IMG/VR virus record: IMGVR_UViG_3300036806_000045
Span: 1-61,059 of that record
Source of the DNA: a virus
Lineage: Duplodnaviria; Caudoviricetes
Length of the DNA stretch: 61,059 nucleotides
Direction: 5' to 3' (one strand)
Position numbers and translations under genes: made by a program. Below the pieces are notes generated by a model. The model saw only the letters and a list, made by a program, of their open reading frames with translations, ran no database searches and had not been told where the DNA came from. Each line of letters opens with the position of its first letter. Positions within the stretch are counted from its first letter, which is position 1. Below are positions 19,186 to 26,880 of the stretch, in pieces.

Positions 19186-19895
19186 TAGACATGCGTCCAA
19201 CGATCGAGCCAAAAACGGACCAGCTGAATGCGGACTCGCTAATAGCCGGACCGATCACGATCAAGGTAACGAAGGTATCACTCTGCAAAGAGCCAGAGCA
19301 GCCGATCGCGATCAACTTCGAGGGTGACAATGGGAAACCATATCGCCCAGGAAAATCCATGCGTCGCGTTCTGGTGAACGTGTGGGGACCCGACGGCGCG
19401 GCCTACGTCGGCCGCAGCATGACGCTCTATCGCGACGATGCGGTGAAGTTCGGCGGCCTCGATGTCGGCGGCATTCGCATCAGCCACCTGTCGCACATCA
19501 CGCGGCCCGTCACGATGGCGCTGACGGCGAGCCGCGCAGCGCGCAAGCCGTTCACGGTTCAGCCGCTCGTCGCCGTGGAGGAGCCTAAGAAGCGCACCGT
19601 GGCCACGTTCCTTGATGAGATCGAGGCGGAATTCTCGGCTGCTGATTCTGTTGCCGCCGTCGATGCGCTGGAGGCCCGCGACGACGTGCATAAGGCGCTG
19701 AGCACGTTCCGCAACGGCGGCCTTGAGAGGTTGCGCGGTATCATCGACGGCGCCCGCACACGCCTCGCGTCGGCCGGCGAGGATGATGGTCTGACGGACG
19801 AGGCGCCCGCTATCGAGAACGCGCCGGAGAACGCCAGCGACTGGCCCGGCCCCGACCCCGACGAGATGCGGCGCCAGCGTGAGGCTGCGGCGTGA
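19182..19895 (+). CDS. YqaJ partner protein (putative ssDNA binding or annealing)
   Basis: PKTDQLNADSL...KSMRRVL...WG...GGIRISH pattern; acidic tail; GGAGG at 19172. Confidence 0.6.
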   Translation: MIDMRPTIEPKTDQLNADSLIAGPITIKVTKVSLCKEPEQPIAINFEGDNGKPYRPGKSMRRVLVNVWGPDGAAYVGRSMTLYRDDAVKFGGLDVGGIRISHLSHITRPVTMALTASRAARKPFTVQPLVAVEEPKKRTVATFLDEIEAEFSAADSVAAVDALEARDDVHKALSTFRNGGLERLRGIIDGARTRLASAGEDDGLTDEAPAIENAPENASDWPGPDPDEMRRQREAAA

Positions 19896-20113
19896 GCGCG
19901 CCCATCACCCTCGACGCGCAGATCGCCGATGTCGAGCGCGAGATCAGCATGCGCAAGGCGGTGTACCCCAAGTGGATCGCAGCCGGGAAGTTGAAGCAGG
20001 CGAAGGCTGACGCACAGATCGCCTCGATGGAGGCGGTCAGCGTCACGCTCAACTGGCTGCGGCGCAACGAGGAGACAATCCGGCGCGCGGTGAATGCGGC
20101 GAAGGGTGTGTGA
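19892..20113 (+). CDS. Conserved phage hypothetical protein
   Basis: QIADVEREISMRKAVYPKWIAAGKL motif. Confidence 0.7.
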   Translation: MSAPITLDAQIADVEREISMRKAVYPKWIAAGKLKQAKADAQIASMEAVSVTLNWLRRNEETIRRAVNAAKGV

Positions 20114-20466
20114 TGAATCTGACCTACCTAGCCACTCCCTACACGCGGTACCCAGGCGGACACGCTGCGGCATTCGAACTCGCGTGCCGGTCGGCTGCCA
20201 CGTTCCTCTCGGCCGGCATCCCGGTTTTCTCACCGATCGCGCACTCGCACCCGATCGCGCTGTTCATGACCAAGGAGCAGGTGTTCGACCACGATCTCTG
20301 GGTGAAGATCGACGCGCCTATGCTGGCCGCCTGTGATTCGATGATCGTCGTCACAGCAGACGGATGGCGTGAGAGCACGGGCGTAAAGCATGAGATCGCC
20401 ATGTTCGAGAAGGCCGGCAAGCCGATCGTTTATTGGGCGCCAGGGGAGCCGGTTCTCGATGCCTGA
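20110..20466 (+). CDS. DUF1937 / nucleoside deoxyribosyltransferase-like protein
   Basis: YLATPYT, VFSPIAHSH and GWRESTGVKHEI motifs. Confidence 0.8.
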   Translation: MMNLTYLATPYTRYPGGHAAAFELACRSAATFLSAGIPVFSPIAHSHPIALFMTKEQVFDHDLWVKIDAPMLAACDSMIVVTADGWRESTGVKHEIAMFEKAGKPIVYWAPGEPVLDA

Positions 20467-20806
20467 CGACGCCCCCCGCTGGCTCGACGCAGAAGGCGCC
20501 GCCAAGTACATCAGCGTGAAGCCGTCCTCGCTGCCGCGCCTGGTGCGCGAGGGCCGAATCCCCCCGCCGAACCGCGAACTGGGCGAGCGCCGGCCCCGCT
20601 GGGACCGCCTGGCACTTGACGCGGCGTTCGAGGGCGGCACAGCGTCTACGGACGTGCGGGCGGTATTCCAAGGAGTCGCCGATGAAATTGCGGCCGAAGG
20701 GTCGAAAGGCCGGCCGGGTCGTCAGGCACACTCTGGCAGACGGAACGGCCAAGGAATACCACTACGCCCCGCACCGTCGGGAGCCGAAAGAGCAGATCGG
20801 CGCTGA
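20459..20806 (+). CDS. xis: Excisionase (AlpA/Xis-like HTH)
   Basis: WLDAEGAAKYISV...LVREGRIPPP...RWDRLALD; overlaps the 5' end of int. Confidence 0.75.
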   Translation: MPDDAPRWLDAEGAAKYISVKPSSLPRLVREGRIPPPNRELGERRPRWDRLALDAAFEGGTASTDVRAVFQGVADEIAAEGSKGRPGRQAHSGRRNGQGIPLRPAPSGAERADRR

Positions 20807-21671
20807 CAGCCTCCACACGCTGATCGCGGCATTCCAGCGCAGTCCGAAGTGGCGGAATCTGTCCGCCGCCACCCAGCAAAATTACATCCACTACCTGAAA
20901 CCGCTTCACCGCGCCGCGCATGTGCGCGTGACGGAGATCCGACGTCGCGATCTCGTCGCTGTCCGCGATCAGATAGCAGCGTCCCGCGGCGACGGAGCAG
21001 CGATCGGCTTTGTGCGATCGGTCTCGGCGCTGCTGGCGTGGGCGGTCGAGAATGACTGGCTCGAGTACAATCCGGCCCGTGGACTGGCCAAGGACCTCGC
21101 ACACGGGCATCTGCCTGCATGGCGCCCAGAGGACGCCGCCATCGCCATGGAGCGCCTACCGGAGCCTCTGCGGCGGGTGGTCGTCCTGGCGCTCTACACG
21201 GGCCAGCGCCGCGGCGATCTGTGCGCCCTGACCTGGGCGGCGTACGATGGACGCGCGATCCGGTTGACGCAGGAGAAGACGGACGAGCCGCTGGTCATTC
21301 CCTGCCACCCGGAGCTGAAGGCCGAGCTCGACGCGTGGCGGGCAGGACCGGTTGCCGCGCTGCCATCAGCGCCGATCCTGACCGCGCCGGGCGGCAAGCC
21401 GTGGAAGCCCAATCTGCTGTCGCACTACTTGCCGCCCGCGCTGGTGCGCATCGGCCTGTCCAACGAGTTGAATGTCCACGGGCTGCGGAAGCTGGCGGCC
21501 GCGACACTGGCCGAGGTCGGCTGCACGGAAAAGGAAATCGCAGCGATCACCGGGCATAAGACGCTTGGGATGGTGCAGCTCTACACCAAATCTGCCGATC
21601 AGCAGAAGCTGGCCGGCGCCGCGATGGTCCGGTGGATCGGACAAACCGGGACAAATAAACAAAACCGCTAG
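20682..21671 (+). CDS. int: Tyrosine integrase
   Basis: TGQRRGD (R), QEKT (K), HGLR, GH and LY catalytic pattern; AGGAG at 20671. Confidence 0.95.
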   Translation: MKLRPKGRKAGRVVRHTLADGTAKEYHYAPHRREPKEQIGADSLHTLIAAFQRSPKWRNLSAATQQNYIHYLKPLHRAAHVRVTEIRRRDLVAVRDQIAASRGDGAAIGFVRSVSALLAWAVENDWLEYNPARGLAKDLAHGHLPAWRPEDAAIAMERLPEPLRRVVVLALYTGQRRGDLCALTWAAYDGRAIRLTQEKTDEPLVIPCHPELKAELDAWRAGPVAALPSAPILTAPGGKPWKPNLLSHYLPPALVRIGLSNELNVHGLRKLAAATLAEVGCTEKEIAAITGHKTLGMVQLYTKSADQQKLAGAAMVRWIGQTGTNKQNR

Positions 21672-21891
21672 GAATATCAGAGGGTTATATGCGTGCGATC
21701 TTCGTCATGATAAGATGGAATCGTTGATTTGATTGATGATTTTGGACAAATGCAGCGGGTGGTCCGGCTGCGGCGTGAGTTCATCACCTTCCAACAAAAA
21801 AGGTGAATTCCGCAGCCGCCCTAGGCGGCCCGATACAAGATTCGCCTAGGTCGCGTAACGGTCGGAGGCGGCCGGCGGGTTTGTGTCAGGT
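21639..21891. other. Candidate attP region with two hairpins
   Basis: Non-coding, partly AT-rich gap after int; GGACAAA occurs three times; two inverted repeats at 21765-21818 and 21820-21850. Confidence 0.5.
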
Positions 21892-22158
21892 TTACTCGGC
21901 ATCGGTGACATCATCCTCAAAGTCTCCATTCTCGATTTGATCGAGTGCCGCGTTGATGACGGCCGCGCGATCCTCTCTGTCACCGGCATTCGGCCCCCAT
22001 GTGGCATGAGCCTGGACAACGCCCATTGCCTTGAAACGTTTGCGTAGCCGATCCTGCTCTGGTGCGGTGGTTCGGTTTTCGTAGCCTATCCATTCCGACA
22101 GCTTGTGAAGCCCCGCGTCGATAGCTTCCTGGTCACGAGGATCGGTGGTTTCAGACAT
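21892..22158 (-). CDS. Hypothetical protein, 88 aa
   Basis: Last ORF of the tightly overlapped operon downstream of the serine recombinase. Confidence 0.65.
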   Translation of the reverse strand: MSETTDPRDQEAIDAGLHKLSEWIGYENRTTAPEQDRLRKRFKAMGVVQAHATWGPNAGDREDRAAVINAALDQIENGDFEDDVTDAE

Positions 22159-22534
22159 GGGGTTGTTCCAACTTCATAGTGAGACGATAGCCGACGTGGC
22201 CGTCTATGTTGGTCAACCCCTGGCTTGCTGCCCATGTGTCGAAGAACACGCTCTCAGGCCAAGGGACCGGCCCTTCCATGCCGGCGTCCATCCACTGAGT
22301 CATCGAATGCATGACGCCAGCGTGGTATCCGTGCCCAAATCCACCGAACTCACGAATGATCTTGAGCGCAATGCGCAGTCGTATCACCCGCGTTCCAGCG
22401 CGCGCCGCTACACGTTGGTAGTGGACCGGACAGTCGCACTCTCGACCGACCATGCCCAAGCCATTGTGACTGAGTTCGCAGTCGCAGAGATCGAGCGGTT
22501 CGGTGGTTCGGATTTTGTCAGGCATTAGTTGCAA
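22151..22534 (-). CDS. Hypothetical protein
   Basis: Overlapping ORF in the same operon. Confidence 0.6.
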   Translation of the reverse strand: MQLMPDKIRTTEPLDLCDCELSHNGLGMVGRECDCPVHYQRVAARAGTRVIRLRIALKIIREFGGFGHGYHAGVMHSMTQWMDAGMEGPVPWPESVFFDTWAASQGLTNIDGHVGYRLTMKLEQPHV

Positions 22535-22721
22535 GCTCCTTCCACGTCCATACGACAGCGGAAGTTGAAAGCATGATTGCGGCGGGAAGGGCCAAGTGCT
22601 GGAATTGGGTCACGCTCAGCAGAAACCAGACAACCCCGGCACCAGTCAAAACGCCACGACATGCAGCCCCGATAAGCCGCGTCTCTCTGCGATAATCATC
22701 GGTGGTTTGGTTTTCACTCAT
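22518..22721 (-). CDS. Small two-TM membrane protein
   Basis: Two hydrophobic segments; ATGA overlap. Confidence 0.6.
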   Translation of the reverse strand: MSENQTTDDYRRETRLIGAACRGVLTGAGVVWFLLSVTQFQHLALPAAIMLSTSAVVWTWKELATNA

Positions 22722-22936
22722 GGCGCCGCAACCTCCATCTCGTCCCAGCCCAACAGTGAGATGCGATCATCGATGTCACCTAGTAGTTCATCCATCAGGC
22801 CATAACCCGAGAACTCGAATTCCTGATCTGGCACATCATTGACCAGCCGACGCACACGGATGGCATAGGTGATCGTGGTTTTGTCGGTCACTGACTGATC
22901 CTCAAAATGGGGAAGGACTATCGGAGGGGTCCACAT
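22718..22936 (-). CDS. Hypothetical acidic protein
   Basis: Overlapping ORF in the operon. Confidence 0.55.
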   Translation of the reverse strand: MWTPPIVLPHFEDQSVTDKTTITYAIRVRRLVNDVPDQEFEFSGYGLMDELLGDIDDRISLLGWDEMEVAAP

Positions 22937-23114
22937 AGGACTGCCTCAAGGCGGCGGCTACCGCGTCAGCCTTCTCCCGAGCCATGTAGCCACTGCCCAC
23001 GACTAAAAGCACCCCATCAGGCAGTCGGACATACCACTCCGTAGTGCCGCCCATCTCGCCAGCGATGTGCCGATGGCACACAACGGCAGCGGTGGTTTTG
23101 GGGTTAGCCGGCAT
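22902..23114 (-). CDS. Hypothetical protein
   Basis: Overlapping ORF in the operon. Confidence 0.55.
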   Translation of the reverse strand: MPANPKTTAAVVCHRHIAGEMGGTTEWYVRLPDGVLLVVGSGYMAREKADAVAAALRQSYVDPSDSPSPF

Positions 23115-23331
23115 TGTATTTCACTCCATGCTTCTTGCACCACGCTCGACTGCCGCAGAACAATTCGCTGTTTCGGTTCGGGCATTCCCAGTCGCACTCC
23201 TCGGAGCCCGCCTTGAGGCATTGGCCATCCGGCATGAGGCCACAATCCTCGTAGCCGTCGCCGTCTTCTTCATCCCAATCGCGAGGGTCATCGTCGTAAT
23301 ATTCCGGCTCCGCGGTCGTTTTGTCGGTCAT
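23104..23331 (-). CDS. Cys-rich acidic protein
   Basis: DCGLMPDGQCLKAGSEECDWECP; ATGA overlap. Confidence 0.65.
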   Translation of the reverse strand: MTDKTTAEPEYYDDDPRDWDEEDGDGYEDCGLMPDGQCLKAGSEECDWECPNRNSELFCGSRAWCKKHGVKYNAG

Positions 23332-23894
23332 GACGTTTTACCTTCTGCCTTCGAGATCGCGGCATCAATCACATCGGCTATCCACTGATGTGGCAGATCG
23401 ATCTTGCCTTCTCGGTCCGCCTTCTGTACGGCCAATAGCGCATCCAGTAAGTCTGGCGCGGCGGCGATGAGGCGCGCGTTTGCGGCATTGTCGATCAGGT
23501 CCGCAATCATGCCGTCTCGCATCGCTGGGACAATCATGTTGATGTTGCCCGTGTGGAATATGGCCCACGGCCCTGGGGTTTCACCCTCAGCCTCTGCTAT
23601 GGCGGCATGAGCCAAATCAAACTCGGCTGTCTTGCGGTCTGCCACGCTTACAACGGCCCGGAGCGCCGCCAGCAGTTGAGGCGCTGTAGCCATTAGGCGC
23701 GCCGCCACCGAGTCTCCCAGGTGCATTCTCGCAAGCGCTTCAGTGAGCGCGCGGGTAATATTCATTTCGCGTTCGGTCGTCCGTGGAGAATGCCCTGGAC
23801 ATTCAATCCAGTCGCATCCGCCTTCGCCAGCTTTGCGCCCACAATGTGAGCAAGCGTCGTTGACCGTGAGTAAGTCGGCGGTCTTCTCACTCAT
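23328..23894 (-). CDS. Hypothetical protein with a duplicated ARL(I/M)A.AP.LL.AL motif
   Basis: AARLMATAPQLLAAL...AIAEAEG and NARLIAAAPDLLDAL...AISKAEG. Confidence 0.65.
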   Translation of the reverse strand: MSEKTADLLTVNDACSHCGRKAGEGGCDWIECPGHSPRTTEREMNITRALTEALARMHLGDSVAARLMATAPQLLAALRAVVSVADRKTAEFDLAHAAIAEAEGETPGPWAIFHTGNINMIVPAMRDGMIADLIDNAANARLIAAAPDLLDALLAVQKADREGKIDLPHQWIADVIDAAISKAEGKTS

Positions 23895-24513
23895 CGGATT
23901 TTCCTTTCTCGGCGAGCGCTCGATCGCGGGCCTTGATGAAGCCGGAGACAGTCAAGCCTGCGGCGCGAGCGCCAGGCTTCGTGCCCAGCTTGGCGAACTC
24001 CAGGATGGCGTCAGACGTATGCTTCCGAGCAGCGCCGCCCACCCTGCCCTCGGACCGTGCCCGAGCCAGCCCGGCCATGGTGCGCTCTTTGCCGATGCCC
24101 GCCTCGAACTCGGCGAACACCGCCAGCATCCCGAACATCGCCCGGCCCATAGGCGTCGAGGTATCCATGCCAGGCGTCGTCAGGACCCGCAGATTGGCGC
24201 CCTTAGCCTGGATGTCCTGCGAGGTCTGGTAGAGCTGCATGGCATTCCGGCCGAGCCTGTCCAGCTTCCAGATCACGACGGTATCGCCTTCGCGCACGTC
24301 CTTCATCATCGCCTGGAACTCGCGCCGCTTTTTGATGCCGGTCCCGCTCGCCTTCTCCCAATATATGTCGCGGGCGTCCACGCCGGCTGCTACAAGGGCA
24401 TCAATCTGCAATTGCGGATTTTGGTCGGCCATGGACACTCTCGCGTAGCCTATTAGGTGCGGTTCGGCCGGCGGTTCGGGTTGCGATTTCCTGTTCGATG
24501 CAGATTTCGACAA
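23887..24513 (-). CDS. Small serine recombinase (resolvase/invertase, Hin/Gin/Pin-like)
   Basis: GYARVS catalytic Ser, KLDRLGR, FAEFE...ERTMAGLARARSEGRVGG and a short C-terminal HTH. Confidence 0.95.
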   Translation of the reverse strand: MSKSASNRKSQPEPPAEPHLIGYARVSMADQNPQLQIDALVAAGVDARDIYWEKASGTGIKKRREFQAMMKDVREGDTVVIWKLDRLGRNAMQLYQTSQDIQAKGANLRVLTTPGMDTSTPMGRAMFGMLAVFAEFEAGIGKERTMAGLARARSEGRVGGAARKHTSDAILEFAKLGTKPGARAAGLTVSGFIKARDRALAEKGKSDE

Positions 24514-24531
24514 GGCGGCGAAACTTTCTAT

Positions 24532-24573
24532 CTTGACGGTTAACTATACGGGGTATACTTTGACGGTGTCAAG
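24532..24573. promoter_or_regulatory. Divergent promoter/dyad between recombinase and cassette array
   Basis: Minus strand TTGACA-N18-TATAGT; plus strand TTGACG-N15-TATACT; CTTGAC...GTCAAG and TATAC-GGG-GTATA dyads; TTGACGGT occurs twice. Confidence 0.65.
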
Positions 24574-24594
24574 GCGAACCAGCGGTCGATAACG

Positions 24595-24798
24595 ATGCCC
24601 CACAGACACGGCAACTCATCGAAATATGTTGCGCGTCAGATCACACTCTCGACGGAGATTGACGATGCACTGCGCACCATTTGCGGGCGCGCTGGCAAGT
24701 CGCCCAGCGAGGTGGTGCGCGTCATCCTATCGCGCGATCCGGGCATCGCTAAGTTGCTGCGGCCCGCGTCGAACGATCTGATGGCCGTTCCTGAATAA
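24595..24798 (+). CDS. Ribbon-helix-helix (CopG-like) regulator heading the array
   Basis: RQITLSTEIDDALRTICGRAGKSPSEVVRVIL strand-helix-helix pattern. Confidence 0.65.
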   Translation: MPHRHGNSSKYVARQITLSTEIDDALRTICGRAGKSPSEVVRVILSRDPGIAKLLRPASNDLMAVPE

Positions 24799-24824
24799 CC
24801 CCCCTAGACCCCGGAGCGAAATTG

Positions 24825-24986
24825 ATGCCGCAATTGATCGGTGACAACTGGGTTAGAACGCCGACTGAAGCGGACGAAATGCGGCGACAGTGGAAGCGCT
24901 GGTATCTCCAGAACTTGCCGACGAACGATGAGCTACAGGAACTTGTCGAGTGGGCGAAACGTCGTTCCGCTCAGAATGCAACGTAA
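24825..24986 (+). CDS. Array cassette 1, 53 aa hypothetical (MPQLIGDNWV...)
   Basis: Translated by hand; runs exactly from junction 1 ATG to junction 2 TAA. Confidence 0.7.
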   Translation: MPQLIGDNWVRTPTEADEMRRQWKRWYLQNLPTNDELQELVEWAKRRSAQNAT

Positions 24987-25000
24987 CCCCGGTGAGAGAA

Positions 25001-25192
25001 ATGGCCCGCGAAGATCTACACTTCGACATGATGAACGCGATGACCGACGTGGTTCTCAGGCGCGTTGAAGGCTGCATCAAAAACCTGCGCGCTGATACGT
25101 CGGCCGTAGCCCATGAACATCAGGTCGGGTTCGAGGCTGGCTATCGTGCGGCAAAAGTCGCCATGCTCGACCTGCTTGCCGATTGCACCTAA
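25001..25192 (+). CDS. Array cassette 2, 63 aa hypothetical (MAREDLHF...)
   Basis: Junction 2 ATG to junction 3 TAA. Confidence 0.75.
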   Translation: MAREDLHFDMMNAMTDVVLRRVEGCIKNLRADTSAVAHEHQVGFEAGYRAAKVAMLDLLADCT

Positions 25193-25206
25193 CCCCGGTG
25201 AGTGAG

Positions 25207-25479
25207 ATGACGCAGTTCAATGACATCCCGACTGGTCCGCACTTCGCAATCCTCGGCCAGACTTCGGTGTATATACCTGGCGATGAGCGTTCGAGAACGC
25301 ATCCTGGGCACGGCTATCCGGCCAGCACTGAGTACTACATCACCTATCGCGCTTTCACGGACCGCGCCGAATGGGAGTGCGAGATTGAGCACTTGGCGGC
25401 GCGTGGCGACAGCTTCCGAGCCATCGTGGTCACTCCAGCTAAAGTGACCACTTCGACATCCGTCACAGTGAACACCTAG
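25207..25479 (+). CDS. Array cassette 3, 90 aa hypothetical (IPGDERSRTHPGHGYPA motif)
   Basis: Junction 3 ATG to junction 4 TAG. Confidence 0.78.
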   Translation: MTQFNDIPTGPHFAILGQTSVYIPGDERSRTHPGHGYPASTEYYITYRAFTDRAEWECEIEHLAARGDSFRAIVVTPAKVTTSTSVTVNT

Positions 25480-25497
25480 AACCCCCCGGTGAATGAG

Positions 25498-25740
25498 ATG
25501 GACACACGACATATGCAATTCGCGCACCCAGAATCAGCGGTGCCGGTAGCAGTTCAAAAGTTCGCAGATGTCGGACCTGGCCAGTGGTGGTTCGTCCATC
25601 ATCCTGACGGTTTCCTTATCGAATGCGCAACCGAGGTGCGAGCTAAGCAGATAGCCTACGAGATCAATGCAGGACGATCGTCGATGCAGGCGAGGGATGC
25701 GATGGTGCCGTTTAGACCTCACATTGACCCAATATCCTAG
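25498..25740 (+). CDS. Array cassette 4, 80 aa hypothetical
   Basis: Junction 4 ATG to junction 5 TAG. Confidence 0.72.
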   Translation: MDTRHMQFAHPESAVPVAVQKFADVGPGQWWFVHHPDGFLIECATEVRAKQIAYEINAGRSSMQARDAMVPFRPHIDPIS

Positions 25741-25760
25741 AACCCCAAAGGAGAAAGGCG

Positions 25761-25928
25761 ATGGACTTCAACGCATGGCTGAACGAACTGAACGCAGAAT
25801 CGAAGCGCCGCGGTTATGCGGGCGCCGATGAGTTCTGGCAGGGCACGGGAGCCGACTGCTGGCGCCCTTCCTACGATGATGGCATGACGCCGGTAGACGC
25901 TCTCGCTGATGACGCGTCCTACCTCTAA
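25761..25928 (+). CDS. Array cassette 5, 55 aa acidic hypothetical (MDFNAWLNEL...)
   Basis: Translated by hand; AAGGAG upstream; junction 5 ATG to junction 6 TAA. Confidence 0.75.
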   Translation: MDFNAWLNELNAESKRRGYAGADEFWQGTGADCWRPSYDDGMTPVDALADDASYL

Positions 25929-25953
25929 CCTAGAACCCGGTGAGGAACTGACA

Positions 25954-26148
25954 GTGAGTAAGATTGTCCAGATCGCAGTGATGAACTTGGCCGAAGAGCG
26001 CACCGCTGAAGGCGTTGGCATCCGAGAGGGCGGGGACCTGCTATTCGTTCTGACCGACGACGGAAAGATTTGGGAGCGGTTCAATCGTCGTGACTGGGTG
26101 GCCGTCCCCTCGCCTCCCGGCACTGACGGATTCCAGCCCGTATCGTAA
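25954..26148 (+). CDS. Array cassette 6, 64 aa hypothetical (KIVQIA...LTDDGKIW)
   Basis: GTG after junction 6 with GAGG upstream, to TAA at 26148. Confidence 0.7.
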   Translation: MSKIVQIAVMNLAEERTAEGVGIREGGDLLFVLTDDGKIWERFNRRDWVAVPSPPGTDGFQPVS

Positions 26149-26176
26149 AGCCACCCCCTAACCCCGGATTATCACG

Positions 26177-26647
26177 ATGCACGAAGACTACGATGACATT
26201 AGGTCTAAGATCGCACAGGCGCCACAATGGTTCGATGAGTATGCTGTGCCTCGCTATTGCACCTTTGAGCCGAAGCGATGCGCTGATATCTATTGTGATG
26301 AAGCGGTATTGGCCGAGATTACTTGCCAAGGCTGTGGGGCGGAATTCCGTGTGGCATTTAGCCAAGGTAGCTTTGACCGCTTCGGACGCGACGGCCGCCG
26401 TCTGGCGGATGACATTCGTGCGCGCGAATTGCATTATGGAGATCCGCCAAATATCCGCTGCTGCGCGGCGGGTCCGACTATGAACAGTGAGCCTCGTCGC
26501 GTGTTGCAGTACTGGCACACACACCACAAAGAATACGTCGGCGAGAATGGCATCGTCACTGACATGGCGTATTTCGACTGGCGGCGAGATCCAACGCTGG
26601 AAATCGAAATCGAGCCGGAGTGGGTCTCCGGCGGACGTGCCCTCTAA
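26177..26647 (+). CDS. Array cassette 7, 156 aa Cys-containing hypothetical (CQGC; LHYGDPPN)
   Basis: Junction 7 ATG to junction 8 TAA. Confidence 0.8.
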   Translation: MHEDYDDIRSKIAQAPQWFDEYAVPRYCTFEPKRCADIYCDEAVLAEITCQGCGAEFRVAFSQGSFDRFGRDGRRLADDIRARELHYGDPPNIRCCAAGPTMNSEPRRVLQYWHTHHKEYVGENGIVTDMAYFDWRRDPTLEIEIEPEWVSGGRAL

Positions 26648-26661
26648 CCCCGGCGAGTGAG

Positions 26662-26872
26662 ATGAGTGAGATTATCGACGCGATCAGGCTGGCAGACCGA
26701 GTGTTGGATAAGCCATACATTGGAGGCGCTTGAGGAAAGCGTGAAACTTCAAAGCCATTATGCCAGCATTCTAAACATGCACGACGGCGGTGAGCGGTTG
26801 CAGTTCGAGACTGCTCGTGATTGGCTTGACCGGCTCCGCGCCGTTCGTTCCGCAACGACTGAAACTGCCTGA
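26662..26872 (+). pseudogene. Array cassette 8, apparently frameshifted or internally deleted
   Basis: Junction 8 ATG frame stops after 23 aa (MSEIIDAIRLADRVLDKPYIGGA); the +1 frame (ALEESVKLQSHY...) ends at the junction 9 TGA. Confidence 0.55.
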
Positions 26873-26880
26873 ACCCCCCC

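Noticed and set aside
21672-21891. tRNA gene or tRNA-derived att core
   Set aside because: I saw no T-loop motif or cloverleaf here, and recognised no tRNA or rRNA elsewhere in the window.
23100-23107. Lone CTAACCCC on the minus strand at a stop codon
   Set aside because: It lacks the GG-GAG-ATG half and lies inside an overlapping ORF, so it may be chance.
23887-24513. Gin-type tail-fibre inversion system
   Set aside because: The recombinase is about 10 kb from the fibre genes, and I saw no inverted repeats or alternative inverted fibre ends. This was not searched exhaustively.
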